Part shown: piece after piece, positions 49,119 to 60,015 of the stretch
Layout: every line of letters starts with the position of its first letter
Position numbering within the stretch: position 1 is the stretch's first letter
From: an uncultured Gammaproteobacteria bacterium
GTDB lineage: Bacteria > Patescibacteriota > Microgenomatia > UBA12405
Assembly (NCBI GenBank): GCA_964503465.1
Contig: CAZCYZ010000002.1
Location: 70,995 to 134,994, forward strand
Reading direction: 5' to 3'
DNA length: 64,000 bases
The notes under the pieces: model-generated
Seen by the model: the letters and a program-made list of their open reading frames with translations, nothing else
What the model was told of the DNA's origin: nothing
The model's database searches: none
Translations under genes and position numbers: made by a program

Positions 49119-50144
49119 ATGTCTAATGTAATTGGTATTGATTTAGGTGTTGGGAGCATCAAAATAGTGTCCCTGTCAAAGGGTGACAAAGGAGTGGCGC
49201 TTGATGTAATCGCTGAGACCAAGACGCCAAATAGTGGTTGGCTTAAGGGGGATCATAAGAAAGTCGCAGAATTGGTGGCGTCGATAAAATCGTTGATGTC
49301 TGATTCAAAAATTAGGGCCAAGCAGGCAGTGGTGAGTTTACCTGAAGACGAGATTGTTTCCCGAGTGATAAGATTGCCACCTTTAAAAGAGAGTGAAATT
49401 CGAGAGGCTCTGAAGTTTGAAGCGGAGACATTTATCCCCTATCCGTTGGATCAGGTATCAATAGATTATGAGGTGATGGAAGAAGATGAATCGGGGCGGT
49501 TAACAGTTTTTGCGATTGCTGCCAAAAACGATTTAATTAATCTTTATGTAAAGTTGTTTAAATCTTTGGGATTGGATTTGGTGGCAATTGAATCACCCGC
49601 AGTAGCGATTAAGAGAATTGTTGGCTTGACGGTGGGAGTAGATAATCCGGTGATGGTGGTAGATATGGGTGAAAAGTATTCGGATATCGTCTGTCTTAAT
49701 AAGGGCAACATCTATTTTACTCGGGCGATTTCTGTTGGTGGGGAATCAATGACTCGGGCAATTTCGATAAATTTGGGATTAGATATGGCATCGGCAGAGG
49801 AGTATAAAAAGGCATACGGCTTAAAGGAGTTGGAATTAGAGGGTAAAATTAAGGGAGCGTTGTTACCGGTTTTTAGTAGTATGGCCGAGGAAATAAGACG
49901 AGCTCTAGTGGCTTTTAAGGAGGATCAAGGAAAACCAGTAGATTTCTTAATTTTGAGTGGTGGAGGGGCGAATCTACCGGGGTTGGCGGAAGAACTAACA
50001 AGAATATTGGGAATAGAAGTTCAAGTGGTTCAACCTTTCTTGCGGATTGACACTACTAAGGTAGTGGTGCCGCTAAATCTTAACTCCGAAGGTTGTCGAT
50101 TTACTTTGGCAATTGGATTAGCATTAAGAGGACTAAATGACTAA
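49119..50144 (+). CDS. pilM: Type IV pilus alignment protein PilM
   Basis: IGIDLG, VVDMG, LSGGGANLPGL, AIGLALR actin-like motifs. Confidence 0.95.
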   Translation: MSNVIGIDLGVGSIKIVSLSKGDKGVALDVIAETKTPNSGWLKGDHKKVAELVASIKSLMSDSKIRAKQAVVSLPEDEIVSRVIRLPPLKESEIREALKFEAETFIPYPLDQVSIDYEVMEEDESGRLTVFAIAAKNDLINLYVKLFKSLGLDLVAIESPAVAIKRIVGLTVGVDNPVMVVDMGEKYSDIVCLNKGNIYFTRAISVGGESMTRAISINLGLDMASAEEYKKAYGLKELELEGKIKGALLPVFSSMAEEIRRALVAFKEDQGKPVDFLILSGGGANLPGLAEELTRILGIEVQVVQPFLRIDTTKVVVPLNLNSEGCRFTLAIGLALRGLND

Positions 50145-50730
50145 ATTAAATTTAAATTTATTACCAAGTCAGGCTAAGTTTCAAGCTAAAAAAATTCGGT
50201 TAATGAAGATGGCGAGGCGGTATATGTGGATCTTTGTATCGGTGTGGGTGGTGACTGTTTTGGTAGTTTTAGGAGTTTCGACATTAGTAAATATGATGGT
50301 CTTTAAAGAACGGACGAAGTTAACGAAGATAGAGGCGGAAGTAAAGTCACTAAACGATAGGGCGTTAACTGGATGGAAACTTAAATACATTGCCGGGATG
50401 GTGGCCAAGGCAATGAGTAGTCGGTTCGAATATGGAAAGACTTTTGATTTGGTGAATGGATTGTTTCAGGATAAGAAGGATGGCGATGAGTCCCAGCTGG
50501 TAAGTGGATTATTATCGGGTGATATGGGTATTAAGGATATGGAGTTGAAGGACAATCATACCTTTTTGGTGAGTGGTCAGACTGCAAATAAGGAAGCAAT
50601 TGATACCTTGGAGAAAAAAATGATGGAGTTAGAACGAGGAGATGTGGCTGGATTTTCGGGGGGTAAATTTATATCGCTTGGTTATTCTAAGGGACAATGG
50701 GGTTATAGTTTGGAATTAAAACTCGAATGA
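50137..50730 (+). CDS. pilN: PilN-like protein
   Basis: LNLLP motif, TM and coiled coil, directly after pilM. Confidence 0.8.
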   Translation: MTKLNLNLLPSQAKFQAKKIRLMKMARRYMWIFVSVWVVTVLVVLGVSTLVNMMVFKERTKLTKIEAEVKSLNDRALTGWKLKYIAGMVAKAMSSRFEYGKTFDLVNGLFQDKKDGDESQLVSGLLSGDMGIKDMELKDNHTFLVSGQTANKEAIDTLEKKMMELERGDVAGFSGGKFISLGYSKGQWGYSLELKLE

Positions 50731-51485
50731 TTAAGAGTGCTGGGGTAATAGGCGACAAGGTGTTTGGGGTTGAAACTGGTTTGGTGAAAGTTTTATTGTT
50801 GCCGGTGGTGGTAACCATGGTGGGGATTTGGGCAGTTATGGCAATAATTGTTCCAAAGATAGGTGAAATTGGGGATAATGTAAGAGGGTTGGAAAAAATA
50901 AAACAACAGAAAAAGTTGCTTTTAAGTCGGAAAAGTTATTACTTGACTCTTGATGAAGAGGAATTGAAAAAGAATACCGATTTATTAGCTAAGGCATTGT
51001 TGAAGGAAGATAATGCTTATTATTTGGTCGGTATTATTCGAAATATTGCCTCGCGTTGTCAGTATTCTGTTCAGAACTTTTCGATTTCAATTGGTGAGTT
51101 GGGTGGAGAAGATAAAAAGAGTGCTGACTTTTCCAAGATTCCAGTATCTTTGTCGGTAATTGGACCAAAAGAACGGTCAATGGAGTTAATTAAGTCGTTA
51201 GAGAAAAGTTTGCCCTTGTTGGCCTTGGACAGATATGAGCAAAGAAATACTAGTTCAGGTTTGACGGAACTTAATTTGGTAGTATCTTCGTATTACCTGA
51301 AAGGAACAGGTGCCTTGGACATTGCTAAGCTGGAGATTAACGAATTGACGTTAAAAGAGGAGGAAGCTGGTTTGATAAAAGACTTGACTAACTATCAGGT
51401 GGTGGAGATGAGTAGTGGCTTGGTGCTGGACGAACAGAAGAGAGAGTTTACCAGGTACCAACGGGGGAATCCTTTTAGTTTTTGA
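50727..51485 (+). CDS. pilO: PilO-like protein
   Basis: TM, coiled coil, position after pilN, C-terminal NPF. Confidence 0.72.
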   Translation: MIKSAGVIGDKVFGVETGLVKVLLLPVVVTMVGIWAVMAIIVPKIGEIGDNVRGLEKIKQQKKLLLSRKSYYLTLDEEELKKNTDLLAKALLKEDNAYYLVGIIRNIASRCQYSVQNFSISIGELGGEDKKSADFSKIPVSLSVIGPKERSMELIKSLEKSLPLLALDRYEQRNTSSGLTELNLVVSSYYLKGTGALDIAKLEINELTLKEEEAGLIKDLTNYQVVEMSSGLVLDEQKREFTRYQRGNPFSF

Positions 51486-51708
51486 ACTCGAGAGTAAATT
51501 TTTGTTGGGGGTAAGTGATGGTAAGGATGGTGCGAATGGCCTTAATTACTTTACCCTGTTTACCAATAATTTGTCCGGTAATGTCTGGTGGGCTAACAAT
51601 AAGGAGATTAACGGTATCGTCAATCTCGGAACTTTCAATAGTGATGGTATTAGGGTCAGGGACGATACCTTTGACAATAAATTCAAGAGTGTCGTGGATG
51701 GAACTCAT
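51475..51708 (-). CDS. khpA: KH-domain RNA-binding protein
   Basis: GQIIGKQGKVIKAIR; downstream of rpsP. Confidence 0.9.
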   Translation of the reverse strand: MSSIHDTLEFIVKGIVPDPNTITIESSEIDDTVNLLIVSPPDITGQIIGKQGKVIKAIRTILTITYPQQKFTLEFKN

Positions 51709-51724
51709 GGTTTGATATTAACAT

Positions 51725-52042
51725 CTATTGGTTAGGGGTATCAGCAGCAGGAGCGGGAGCAACCGGGGGTTTTTCCTTAACTTCTTTACTAATTTTCTTT
51801 TTTGGTTTTGAGGGATATTTTTCGGGGTGAAGAAGTTTATCAACTCCAATAGTCGGTTGGGCTCCATTTTTTTGCCAAGTAGCTAGCTTGCCATTGTCAA
51901 TGTTAAGGGTTTTAGTGTCGGGGGTATAAAAGCCAATTTCGTCGACAAAACGACCATCAACTTTGCTTCGTTGTTCGGCGACGACGATACGGAAGGTTCG
52001 CTGGTGTTTTTTTCCACGAGGAGAAAGTTTGATTTTGAGCAT
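51725..52042 (-). CDS. rpsP: 30S ribosomal protein S16
   Basis: MLKIKL..RGKK...FRIVV, GAQPT. Confidence 0.96.
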   Translation of the reverse strand: MLKIKLSPRGKKHQRTFRIVVAEQRSKVDGRFVDEIGFYTPDTKTLNIDNGKLATWQKNGAQPTIGVDKLLHPEKYPSKPKKKISKEVKEKPPVAPAPAADTPNQ

Positions 52043-52063
52043 ATCAGCGATTGTAGCAGAAAA

Positions 52064-52753
52064 TTAACGATTTTTCTCTTGGAGGATTTTTATACCAGCG
52101 ATGGCGGCGGCTTCCTCGGCTCGCTGTTTGGAGTTACCGTTGCCGGTGGCTATGGGCTGGTTGTCGATATAGAGGGTGGCTTCGAAGTTTTTTTGATGAT
52201 CTGGGCCAGTTTCTTTGGTGATTTGATAATGTGGAGTAGTCCCATTTTGACTCTGGGCCAATTCTTGAAAAAGGCTTTTAGGATCTTTGTAGATTTTTTG
52301 TTGGGAAATTTCGATGATATTCTTATCAAGAAGTGAGTGGAGAATTAAGTCAACCTGGTCAAAGCCGGCATCAAGATAAATGGCACCAATAACACTTTCA
52401 AGAGTGTCGGCAAGTATTGAAGAATTGGTGCGACCACCGTGAGTTTCTTCGCCATGACTTAAAAAAATACTATCTCCGAGTTCAATGTTGGTGGCAATTA
52501 AGGATAAATTTTGGGTGCAAACGATTAGAGCCCGAAGATTAGTCATGGATCCTTCGGCTAATTGAGGAAAATGGTGATAGAGTTGGTTTGATACCCACAA
52601 CTCGAGAACAGCGTCACCAAGGAATTCCAATCTTTCGTTGGAAACTAAATCGGGTGAATGATTTTCGTTAAGATAGGATCGATGTATGAGTGATTGTTTT
52701 AAAAGTTGAGCGTCTTTGAATTGATAGTTGAGCTTTTTTTGGAGCTTGTTCAT
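52064..52753 (-). CDS. rnc: Ribonuclease III
   Basis: [12 protein letters not shown] signature plus dsRBD. Confidence 0.98.
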   Translation of the reverse strand: MNKLQKKLNYQFKDAQLLKQSLIHRSYLNENHSPDLVSNERLEFLGDAVLELWVSNQLYHHFPQLAEGSMTNLRALIVCTQNLSLIATNIELGDSIFLSHGEETHGGRTNSSILADTLESVIGAIYLDAGFDQVDLILHSLLDKNIIEISQQKIYKDPKSLFQELAQSQNGTTPHYQITKETGPDHQKNFEATLYIDNQPIATGNGNSKQRAEEAAAIAGIKILQEKNR

Positions 52754-53133
52754 AGTTGCGGATCAAGTTTTTTAATAATACTGCCCATAACTCCATTAAC
52801 AAACGAAGACGAATTGTCGGTGCCGTATTCTTTGGCCAACTCGATAGCTTCGTCAATAATGACCTTGGGTGGGGTTTTCTTTTGGTAAAGTAACTCCCAG
52901 ATGGCGCATCGAAGAATTGATAAATCAATTTGGTTGATTTTTTCAAGGGGCCACTTGGGGGCATGTTCTTCGATAACTTTGTCGATTTTGGTAATCGACT
53001 TGATAATTTTGGTGGAGTCGGTAGTGGTGGGGCGCTTGGTACCGAAGCTCCAGGCAAAAACGGCCTGAAAGTTTTTTATGCGCTTGAGGTGTCGGGGATC
53101 GTATCTGTTTTTCACTGGTGGCAGTTCTGACAC
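52750..53133 (-). CDS. nusB: Transcription antitermination factor NusB
   Basis: [26 protein letters not shown]; alternative GTG start at 53115. Confidence 0.93.
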   Translation of the reverse strand: MSELPPVKNRYDPRHLKRIKNFQAVFAWSFGTKRPTTTDSTKIIKSITKIDKVIEEHAPKWPLEKINQIDLSILRCAIWELLYQKKTPPKVIIDEAIELAKEYGTDNSSSFVNGVMGSIIKKLDPQL

Positions 53134-53264
53134 TCAAAACCGACTAATTTCGGTTGTTGGCAGTGGCGGCAGAGAACATGATTGGCTGGTATTTTGGCGG
53201 ATATGGCGGCTCGGCGACATCCCTGTCGGCGGCTAGATGGCCAATGTTTAGGTAGAGCAGTCAT
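53112..53264 (-). CDS. rpmF: 50S ribosomal protein L32
   Basis: Manual translation [20 protein letters not shown]...CRHC...CQNCHQ; below the ORF-track length cutoff. Confidence 0.9.
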   Translation of the reverse strand: MTALPKHWPSSRRQGCRRAAISAKIPANHVLCRHCQQPKLVGFECQNCHQ

Positions 53265-53353
53265 GGGGGTATTATATAACAAAAATATTAATTTTTGATG
53301 TTTCGCTCTATTTTGATAGATTTATTGAGATAGGATCTCTTGAAATATCAGAA

Positions 53354-55315
53354 CTAGTTGGTGGTGTGACCAATTGAGGCGGCAGGATTGTGTCTTAACT
53401 TGGAGGGATCAAATGAAGAATTTTGTTGGAGAATATTAGCTAAGATTTGTTGACAGTAACGGATAAGCTTGAAATTGGCTAGATCGGCGATTTTGAGGGC
53501 AGGAAAGCCGTGTTGGAGGTTTGAGGTGATAAGTCCGGGCCCACGAGTTTTTAGGTCATAGTCGGCGATTGTTTGGCTATCAGTATTCTGGGTGAAGAAC
53601 TTAAGCCGGGAAATAGTGTTGATATTGGTCGATTCAGTGAAGAGATAACAAAAACTTGACTCTTCTCCCCTGCCAACTCGACCGCGAAGCTGGTGTAACT
53701 GGGATAGACCAAAGCGTTCGGCCGACTGAATAATAATGGTGTTAGCATTTTTAATATCGACTCCGACTTCAATTATGGGGGTGGTAACAAGAATTTGGAT
53801 TTTGTTTGATTGGAATTTTTTGATAATTTCGTCTCGAATGTTTGATTTAGTTTTACCGTGAAGTAGAGCTAGTTTAAGGTGAGGGAATACCACGGTGGAT
53901 AAATGATTAAATTCTTGAATAGCAGATTTGATTGACGATTGTGTTTCGGATGTAGCGATAAACGGGCAGACAATGAACGCTTGGGATTGGGTGGTGATAA
54001 TTTGTTTTTCTAGCCAATGGTAGCATGATAGTGTTTTATTGTTAGGAACAAGGAAAGTTTTGGGTGGATGGTGATGTGGCAGTGGTTGAAGTTGGGAGAG
54101 TTGGAGGTGGCCCATGAGGGTGAGGCTAATGGTTCTGGGGATAGGAGTGGCTGACATGGTGATTTGGTGAGGTATGTTGTTGGGGCTGAGTGATGAGAGA
54201 AAGGATCGCTGGGCGACTCCAAATTTGTGTTGTTCGTCAACCACCAGGAGAGTGATAGAGGGGAGTTTGGAGTGGTGAAAAGCAGCATGGGTGGCAATAA
54301 TGATTGATACTTTGGGGAATTTTTTGATATGATGGCGAGAGGTAAGTAACTTTATTGGAATCTTTGGCAAATATTTTTTGAAGTTTTTAAAGTGTTGTTG
54401 AGCTAGAATGTTGGTTGGGGCGATTATGAGGGAGTTGTGGTTGTTTTTGTAGGTTAAATAGGAGCTAAGAATAGCCAACAGAGTTTTGCCGGAACTGACA
54501 TCGCCAACTAAAAGCCGGTTGGTCAGATGGTGGGTGGAGGTTAAGTCCTTTCTAATTTCGTACCAGGCTTGTTTTTGGGAGGGTGAAAGTTGAAATGGGA
54601 GTAGTTTAGTGACGGGAGAGATTGGATACAGTTTTAATGGTTTGGGTGGAAGTGATTGCTGTTTGACTTTGAGTAATTCGCTCTCGGCCAGAATGGAGAG
54701 TATCTCATCAATAGCTAAGCGAGTTCGGGCTTGTTGGAGGTAATTTTGATCTTGAGGGAGATGTATTTGGGTTAAGGCCTGGGTTAATGATAAGAGATGG
54801 TATTTTTGGGTAATATTTGGTGGTAATGGGTCGGTGATTGAGGAGAGGAGGGTGGTGATGTGAGTGTGGATAATTTTACGAAACCATTTAGAGGTTAAGC
54901 TTTTAGTTTCGGGATAAACACTAATAATCTTACCAGTACTGTATTGTCCGTATTCCGGGGAGAAAATGGTTTTTTGGTGATTAAAAAAACTGATTTTCCC
55001 GGCGACACTAAAGGTTGCGTTTGGTTTGAATACAGTGGCTAGGTAGGGTTGGTTGAACCAGGCCAAGTTGATGGTACCGGTATGGTCTTCTAGAGTGGCG
55101 ATTTGAAGATTCTTGTGTGTTTTGGTGTAGAGGTTTTGGAATTTGGTAATTTTACCGGTGAGGGTAACAAAACTGTCAGGAGTGGCTTGAGATATGGGGA
55201 TAGTGTGAGAGAAATCAAGGTAGCGGTGGGGAAAATGATAGAGAAGATCGGATAGAGTGTAAATTCCGAGCCGGTGAAGCTTGGCCAGGGTTTTAGGGCC
55301 GACACCAGGAAGCAT
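53354..55315 (-). CDS. recG: ATP-dependent DNA helicase RecG
   Basis: GDVSSGKT, DEQHKFGV, MSATPIPRT, QLRGRVGR. Confidence 0.95.
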   Translation of the reverse strand: MLPGVGPKTLAKLHRLGIYTLSDLLYHFPHRYLDFSHTIPISQATPDSFVTLTGKITKFQNLYTKTHKNLQIATLEDHTGTINLAWFNQPYLATVFKPNATFSVAGKISFFNHQKTIFSPEYGQYSTGKIISVYPETKSLTSKWFRKIIHTHITTLLSSITDPLPPNITQKYHLLSLTQALTQIHLPQDQNYLQQARTRLAIDEILSILAESELLKVKQQSLPPKPLKLYPISPVTKLLPFQLSPSQKQAWYEIRKDLTSTHHLTNRLLVGDVSSGKTLLAILSSYLTYKNNHNSLIIAPTNILAQQHFKNFKKYLPKIPIKLLTSRHHIKKFPKVSIIIATHAAFHHSKLPSITLLVVDEQHKFGVAQRSFLSSLSPNNIPHQITMSATPIPRTISLTLMGHLQLSQLQPLPHHHPPKTFLVPNNKTLSCYHWLEKQIITTQSQAFIVCPFIATSETQSSIKSAIQEFNHLSTVVFPHLKLALLHGKTKSNIRDEIIKKFQSNKIQILVTTPIIEVGVDIKNANTIIIQSAERFGLSQLHQLRGRVGRGEESSFCYLFTESTNINTISRLKFFTQNTDSQTIADYDLKTRGPGLITSNLQHGFPALKIADLANFKLIRYCQQILANILQQNSSFDPSKLRHNPAASIGHTTN

Positions 55316-55448
55316 GACTTATGTTATCATTAAGAAATTGAATGAGGATCAAGCGAAAAACACTCAAAAAAACTATTTTAATTGTGGCAATGTTAGGTCT
55401 GCTTTTGTCAGGTTTGTTGCCAACATTCGGGTCTTTATTGAGAATGCA

Positions 55449-58025
55449 ATGAGGCGAAGAAGATTTTGGAGGTTATTTTTTGTGGGGGTTTTGGGGGTAA
55501 CTTTAATTGGAGTAGTCTCGGCTTTGGGATTGTTCATTTGGTATTCACAATATCTACCCAGTCCTTCAAGGGTGGTAAGACACGAAGGTTATGCCAGTAG
55601 AATATTAGACAGGAATGGAGAATTACTTTTTGACGTTTATCGAGATGCGAAACGGATGCCGGTAGTCTGGGAAGATGTTCCAAACTCACTTAAGCAAGCA
55701 ACAGTTGCAGTTGAGGATAAGGATTTTTACAAACATAAGGGCTTTGACCCACTGACCCCCTTTAGGATAGTTAAGAATTTGATAGTGATGCGAAGGTTAA
55801 CTGGGGGGTCAACCTTAACGCAACAGTTGGTGAAAAATGTGCTATTGACTTCGGAAAGATCAGTGTCGAGGAAAATAAAGGAATTTATGTTGGCGGTTCA
55901 AATTGAGGCGAAGTATTCTAAGGATGAAATATTGTTAATGTATCTTAATGAGGCGCCTTATGGTGGGTCGGCTTGGGGGGTAGGAAGTGCTTCGGAACAA
56001 TATTTTGGTAAGCCGGTGAAGGATTTGTCAATTGAGGAAAGTGTGATTTTGGCGGGGTTACCCCAAAGACCGAATGCCTATTCACCTTTTTCTAAAACCC
56101 CAAAGGCATATATTGCTCGGTCGGAACATGTAGTTGCCCGAATGGTAGAGGATGGCTATTTAAAAGATGGGGAGAGTAAAGATGTGGTTGATAGGATAAA
56201 AAATTATCAGTTTTATGAGAACAAGAATAAGCTGTTTGCCCCACATTTTATTTTTTGGATGAAGGATGAATTGGCCAAAAAATATGGGGAGGATGTAGTT
56301 GAAAGTGGAGGTTTGAAGATTACGACAACATTGGACATGAAACTTCAGGATGAAGTGGCCAAGATTGTAACCGAAGAAGTTGATAAGGCAGAAAAGTTAG
56401 GAGTGAGTAATGGAGCGGCGTTGGTAATCGAACCACTAACAGGTCAAGTCCTGGCGATGGTTGGGTCGAGAGGTTATTTTTCCGATAAAACTGATGGTAA
56501 TTTTAATGTAGTAACTCAAGCCTTAAGACAACCTGGATCGGCGATTAAACCGGTAACATATTTAACCGCCTTAAAGCGTGGATATACCCCATCAACGATG
56601 GTGGTCGATGCGCCGGTTACTTTCCCTTCGACAAGCTTGGGGCAAAAGGATTATAGCCCCAAGAATTACAGCGGTAAGTTTAATGGGCCAATGAGTTTGC
56701 GAGCAGCGCTGGGTAATTCGATTAACACGGTAGCAGTCAAAATGTTGGCTAAAGTTGGGGTAGAAAATATGTTGGCTCAAGCCTATGAAATGGGGATAAC
56801 AACCCTAGAGCCAACAAAAGAAAACTTGTCGCGTTTTGGATTGGCAGTAACTTTGGGTGGGGCGGAAGTGAGAATGTCAGAGTTGTCATCAGCTTATGCC
56901 GCTTTTGCTAATGGGGGGAGGAAAGTTGATTTGGTGGGAGTGTTAAAAGTTGAGGACCGAAACGGTCGGGTGTTGGAGGAATTTAGACCGATGGAGGGAA
57001 GACGAGTGATGACCAGTCAGGAATCTTTTTTGATGTCCAATATTTTGGCGGATAATTCTGCCAGAGAAATTACTTTTGGTTTGAATAATGGCTTGGTGAT
57101 TTCTAATTATCAAGTAGCGGTAAAAACTGGAACTACGAACGATAAAAAAGATAATTGGTGTATTGGTTGGACGCCAAATTTGTTGACGACGGTTTGGGTG
57201 GGAAACAATGATAATACTCCAATGTTAAAAATAGCGTCGGGAGTATCGGGGGCGACACCAATTTGGCGGCGAATAATGTTGTTTGAACTACCACGACGAC
57301 AAAAACAGGATTTTTCGATACCGGAAAAAATTATTAGTCTGGAAGTGGATAAGGTTTCCGGATATCTGTCACATGATGGTTTTCCGGCTAAAAATGACTA
57401 TTTTGTTGATGGGACACAACCAAAAATTAGTGACCCAATTCACTTGAAACTTAAAGTTTGTAAAGGGGTGACGGGCTTGGCCCCACCACAAGATGTGGCC
57501 TCGAATAATTATGATGAAAAAGAATATATCAAACTGAAGGAGGATGATCCGATTTCGAAAGATGGGAAGAACCGTTGGCAGGAGGGAATTGACCAGTGGG
57601 TTTCGGAACAGGGCGATAAAGAAAAATATTTCCCACCAGAAGGTTATTGTCGAAGTGGTGGACTGGTGGATATAGGTATCGATAGTCCGGCTCATCAATC
57701 GACTGTTGGAAGTACGTTTGATGTAAGATTAAAAACAACTTCATTAAAAAAGGTGGTTGAGGTAAAGTTGTGGGCTGATGGTGAGGAGAAGAGGACTTGG
57801 ACAGAGAAACCTTTTGAGATGAGTTTGAGTTTGTCGGATGGTCCGCATGTGCTGAAGGTAAAGGCGGTGGATAAAGATGGAAATAGCGCTGAACGTGAGG
57901 CATACATTGGAGTTAATGTTCCTTGGGATTGGAAACCCTCACCAACACCAACACAAACCCCAATTCCAACATCAACGCCGATTCCGACTTTGGTTCCAAC
58001 CCTATCCCCTACCGTGGCCCCTTAA
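55449..58025 (+). CDS. Class A penicillin-binding protein with C-terminal Ig-like domain
   Basis: EDKDFY.H.G, GGSTLTQQ, RKIKE, SAIK, SIN, KTG; start set at MRRRR before the TM. Confidence 0.95.
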   Translation: MRRRRFWRLFFVGVLGVTLIGVVSALGLFIWYSQYLPSPSRVVRHEGYASRILDRNGELLFDVYRDAKRMPVVWEDVPNSLKQATVAVEDKDFYKHKGFDPLTPFRIVKNLIVMRRLTGGSTLTQQLVKNVLLTSERSVSRKIKEFMLAVQIEAKYSKDEILLMYLNEAPYGGSAWGVGSASEQYFGKPVKDLSIEESVILAGLPQRPNAYSPFSKTPKAYIARSEHVVARMVEDGYLKDGESKDVVDRIKNYQFYENKNKLFAPHFIFWMKDELAKKYGEDVVESGGLKITTTLDMKLQDEVAKIVTEEVDKAEKLGVSNGAALVIEPLTGQVLAMVGSRGYFSDKTDGNFNVVTQALRQPGSAIKPVTYLTALKRGYTPSTMVVDAPVTFPSTSLGQKDYSPKNYSGKFNGPMSLRAALGNSINTVAVKMLAKVGVENMLAQAYEMGITTLEPTKENLSRFGLAVTLGGAEVRMSELSSAYAAFANGGRKVDLVGVLKVEDRNGRVLEEFRPMEGRRVMTSQESFLMSNILADNSAREITFGLNNGLVISNYQVAVKTGTTNDKKDNWCIGWTPNLLTTVWVGNNDNTPMLKIASGVSGATPIWRRIMLFELPRRQKQDFSIPEKIISLEVDKVSGYLSHDGFPAKNDYFVDGTQPKISDPIHLKLKVCKGVTGLAPPQDVASNNYDEKEYIKLKEDDPISKDGKNRWQEGIDQWVSEQGDKEKYFPPEGYCRSGGLVDIGIDSPAHQSTVGSTFDVRLKTTSLKKVVEVKLWADGEEKRTWTEKPFEMSLSLSDGPHVLKVKAVDKDGNSAEREAYIGVNVPWDWKPSPTPTQTPIPTSTPIPTLVPTLSPTVAP

Positions 58026-58224
58026 TCGAGATGGTTGTCTGTGGTGGCCGGTGGCTTGTTAAAAGATGAAGAGTGAGGGCATTGAGCACTCTTATTTGAG
58101 CGATTTCTTGGTCAGTTGGTGGTTGGGTGAGCATATTACGAAGAGATTCCTTTTGGGCTTGTGTTTGCTGGAGTCCAAATACCCTTTGAGCAAAACATTC
58201 GTAACAATCGGGTTTTGGTGGCAT
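58009..58224 (-). CDS. Small orphan protein
   Basis: 71-aa ORF after pheT; TGA-TAGGAT 5 nt upstream of the ATG. Confidence 0.5.
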   Translation of the reverse strand: MPPKPDCYECFAQRVFGLQQTQAQKESLRNMLTQPPTDQEIAQIRVLNALTLHLLTSHRPPQTTISIKGPR

Positions 58225-58227
58225 GGC

Positions 58228-59946
58228 CTATCCTATCATGTTTTGTCCGTTGGTTAGACCAAAGGCAGAGAGGTGGGTTTTTTTGGCGGTTTTATCAGTG
58301 CAATTGTAATAAGATACCCGGAAGGTATATTTATCTTGGTAGTGGTCGACAACGTTAATGGACCAAAGAATTTTTGGATCGATTAAATTGGTGTAGTGTT
58401 GAGTAAGTGTTTCGGGGTCTTGAGTAGAAGTAACGTTGGCATCGAGAGTGATAATTTGGGAAGTTAATTCACTGGCGGAACTACTGATGTCTTTGGGAGT
58501 GTACGTTTCGGGTTTGTCCAGATCATCAAGAATTGTTTCGGAGAATTTGTGGCCATCGTAGGTTCCCAGGGCGTACTTTTCAATATATTTACCGTTTTCT
58601 TGATAATAAATTTTGCCAATTTCGAAGAATTTCGGGTTTGGCAGTTTATATCGATTATATTGGTCTAATTGGTTTTCTAATGATTGAATGATTGATTCGC
58701 GTAAGACCGGGTATTCAGAATTAATTGAGTTTTGGGTATAAACAGCTTTACTGGAGAGTGGTTTTTGAACTAGGGGCCAGGAACGAACTTCGTCATAACC
58801 CTGATTAATTAGGTCATCTTTGAGCTTCTCGATAAGGTAAAGAACTTTGGGGGTGATATCAGGAAGTTGTTTGGAGACTAGTGGTTCCGATGCGGGAATT
58901 TTTTGATAGCCGTGGAAGCGGATAACTTCTTCGATTAGATCCTCTTCGATGGTGATGTCTTTACGAATTGACGGAGGAGTAACAAGGTTATTATTAATAA
59001 CACAACCGAGACGTTTAAGGATATCGTTTTGGGGAATGTCGATACCAGAGTAGAGGGATGGTTTTAGAGGATCAAATGGTATTTGGGGTGGGGTTGGTTT
59101 TTGGGGATAATAATCGAACAGTTGACTATTAATATGACCATGGCAAAGGTCGCAAATTAATGTGGCTAGATGGTTGAGAGCTTGGAGGATAGTTTCGGTG
59201 TCCAACTCTTTGTCGAGGCGGATTTCAGCTTCGGTGATAGTTTTGGTGAGACGGGAATCGGTTTTAACTCGGGATCGATTGTAAACGGCTGCCTCGATAA
59301 TAATATCAGTAGTTTGATTGTTAACAGCGCAAAATTGACCACCAATGAAAGTAAGTGACAGTGGCTGATGACCATTGGAAATCAGTAGACAATCGGGATG
59401 AAGCTTAAGGTTGGTGCCGTCGAGAGTAATGAATTCCGAATATTGTTGGTTGTCTTCCCAAATTAAATTTTCGCTAGATTTGGCAATGTCAAAAGCATGA
59501 TTGGGAATACCCCAAAGAAGCATAATGTAGTTGGTGGCATCAACAATGTTGTTAATGGAATTAATATCGTGAAACTGGAGGAACCGAGCTAGCCAAGGTG
59601 GGGAGGAGGAGGTTTTTAGGTTGGTGATTTTGATGGCGGTTAGTCGTTTAACATTAGCGGATGTAACTTTGATTGGGAGTTGATAGTTGGAAATTTGGAA
59701 TTGAGGAGTTTTGGGGGTGACTAGAGGAATGTTGTACAGAACCGAAATATCGCGGGCCAGGCCGTAGTATCCAAGACAGTCTCCCCTATTTTGGCGAATT
59801 TCCAGGTCAAAGATAGTTTCACCGTCAATAGTTTTGGTATTGGAGACGAAGTGACCAATCATGGCCAGATCGTTGGCCAAAGTTTTAGAATCAACATCGA
59901 GGTTGGGTAAAAATTGATTTTTAAGAACGGAATATATTAGTTTCAT
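58228..59946 (-). CDS. pheT: Phenylalanyl-tRNA synthetase beta subunit (reduced)
   Basis: NRGDCL, NNIVDATNY, R.DI..EEDLIEEV, FFEIG. Confidence 0.93.
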   Translation of the reverse strand: MKLIYSVLKNQFLPNLDVDSKTLANDLAMIGHFVSNTKTIDGETIFDLEIRQNRGDCLGYYGLARDISVLYNIPLVTPKTPQFQISNYQLPIKVTSANVKRLTAIKITNLKTSSSPPWLARFLQFHDINSINNIVDATNYIMLLWGIPNHAFDIAKSSENLIWEDNQQYSEFITLDGTNLKLHPDCLLISNGHQPLSLTFIGGQFCAVNNQTTDIIIEAAVYNRSRVKTDSRLTKTITEAEIRLDKELDTETILQALNHLATLICDLCHGHINSQLFDYYPQKPTPPQIPFDPLKPSLYSGIDIPQNDILKRLGCVINNNLVTPPSIRKDITIEEDLIEEVIRFHGYQKIPASEPLVSKQLPDITPKVLYLIEKLKDDLINQGYDEVRSWPLVQKPLSSKAVYTQNSINSEYPVLRESIIQSLENQLDQYNRYKLPNPKFFEIGKIYYQENGKYIEKYALGTYDGHKFSETILDDLDKPETYTPKDISSSASELTSQIITLDANVTSTQDPETLTQHYTNLIDPKILWSINVVDHYQDKYTFRVSYYNCTDKTAKKTHLSAFGLTNGQNMIG

Positions 59947-59951
59947 AAAAT

Positions 59952-59989
59952 AAACCCTCCCCCGACCCCTCCCTTGACAGGGCGGGGGG
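59952..59989 (+). repeat. Palindromic repeat copy F (pheS-pheT spacer)
   Basis: AAACCCTCCCCCGACCCCTCCCTTGACAGGGCGGGGG. Confidence 0.75.
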
Positions 59990-60015
59990 AAATAATTTTA
60001 TTGAAAGTAATATTC

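Noticed and set aside
55281-55448. Long N-terminal extension of the PBP ORF
   Set aside because: It overlaps the divergent recG start and promoter region; MRRRR plus TM is the typical start.
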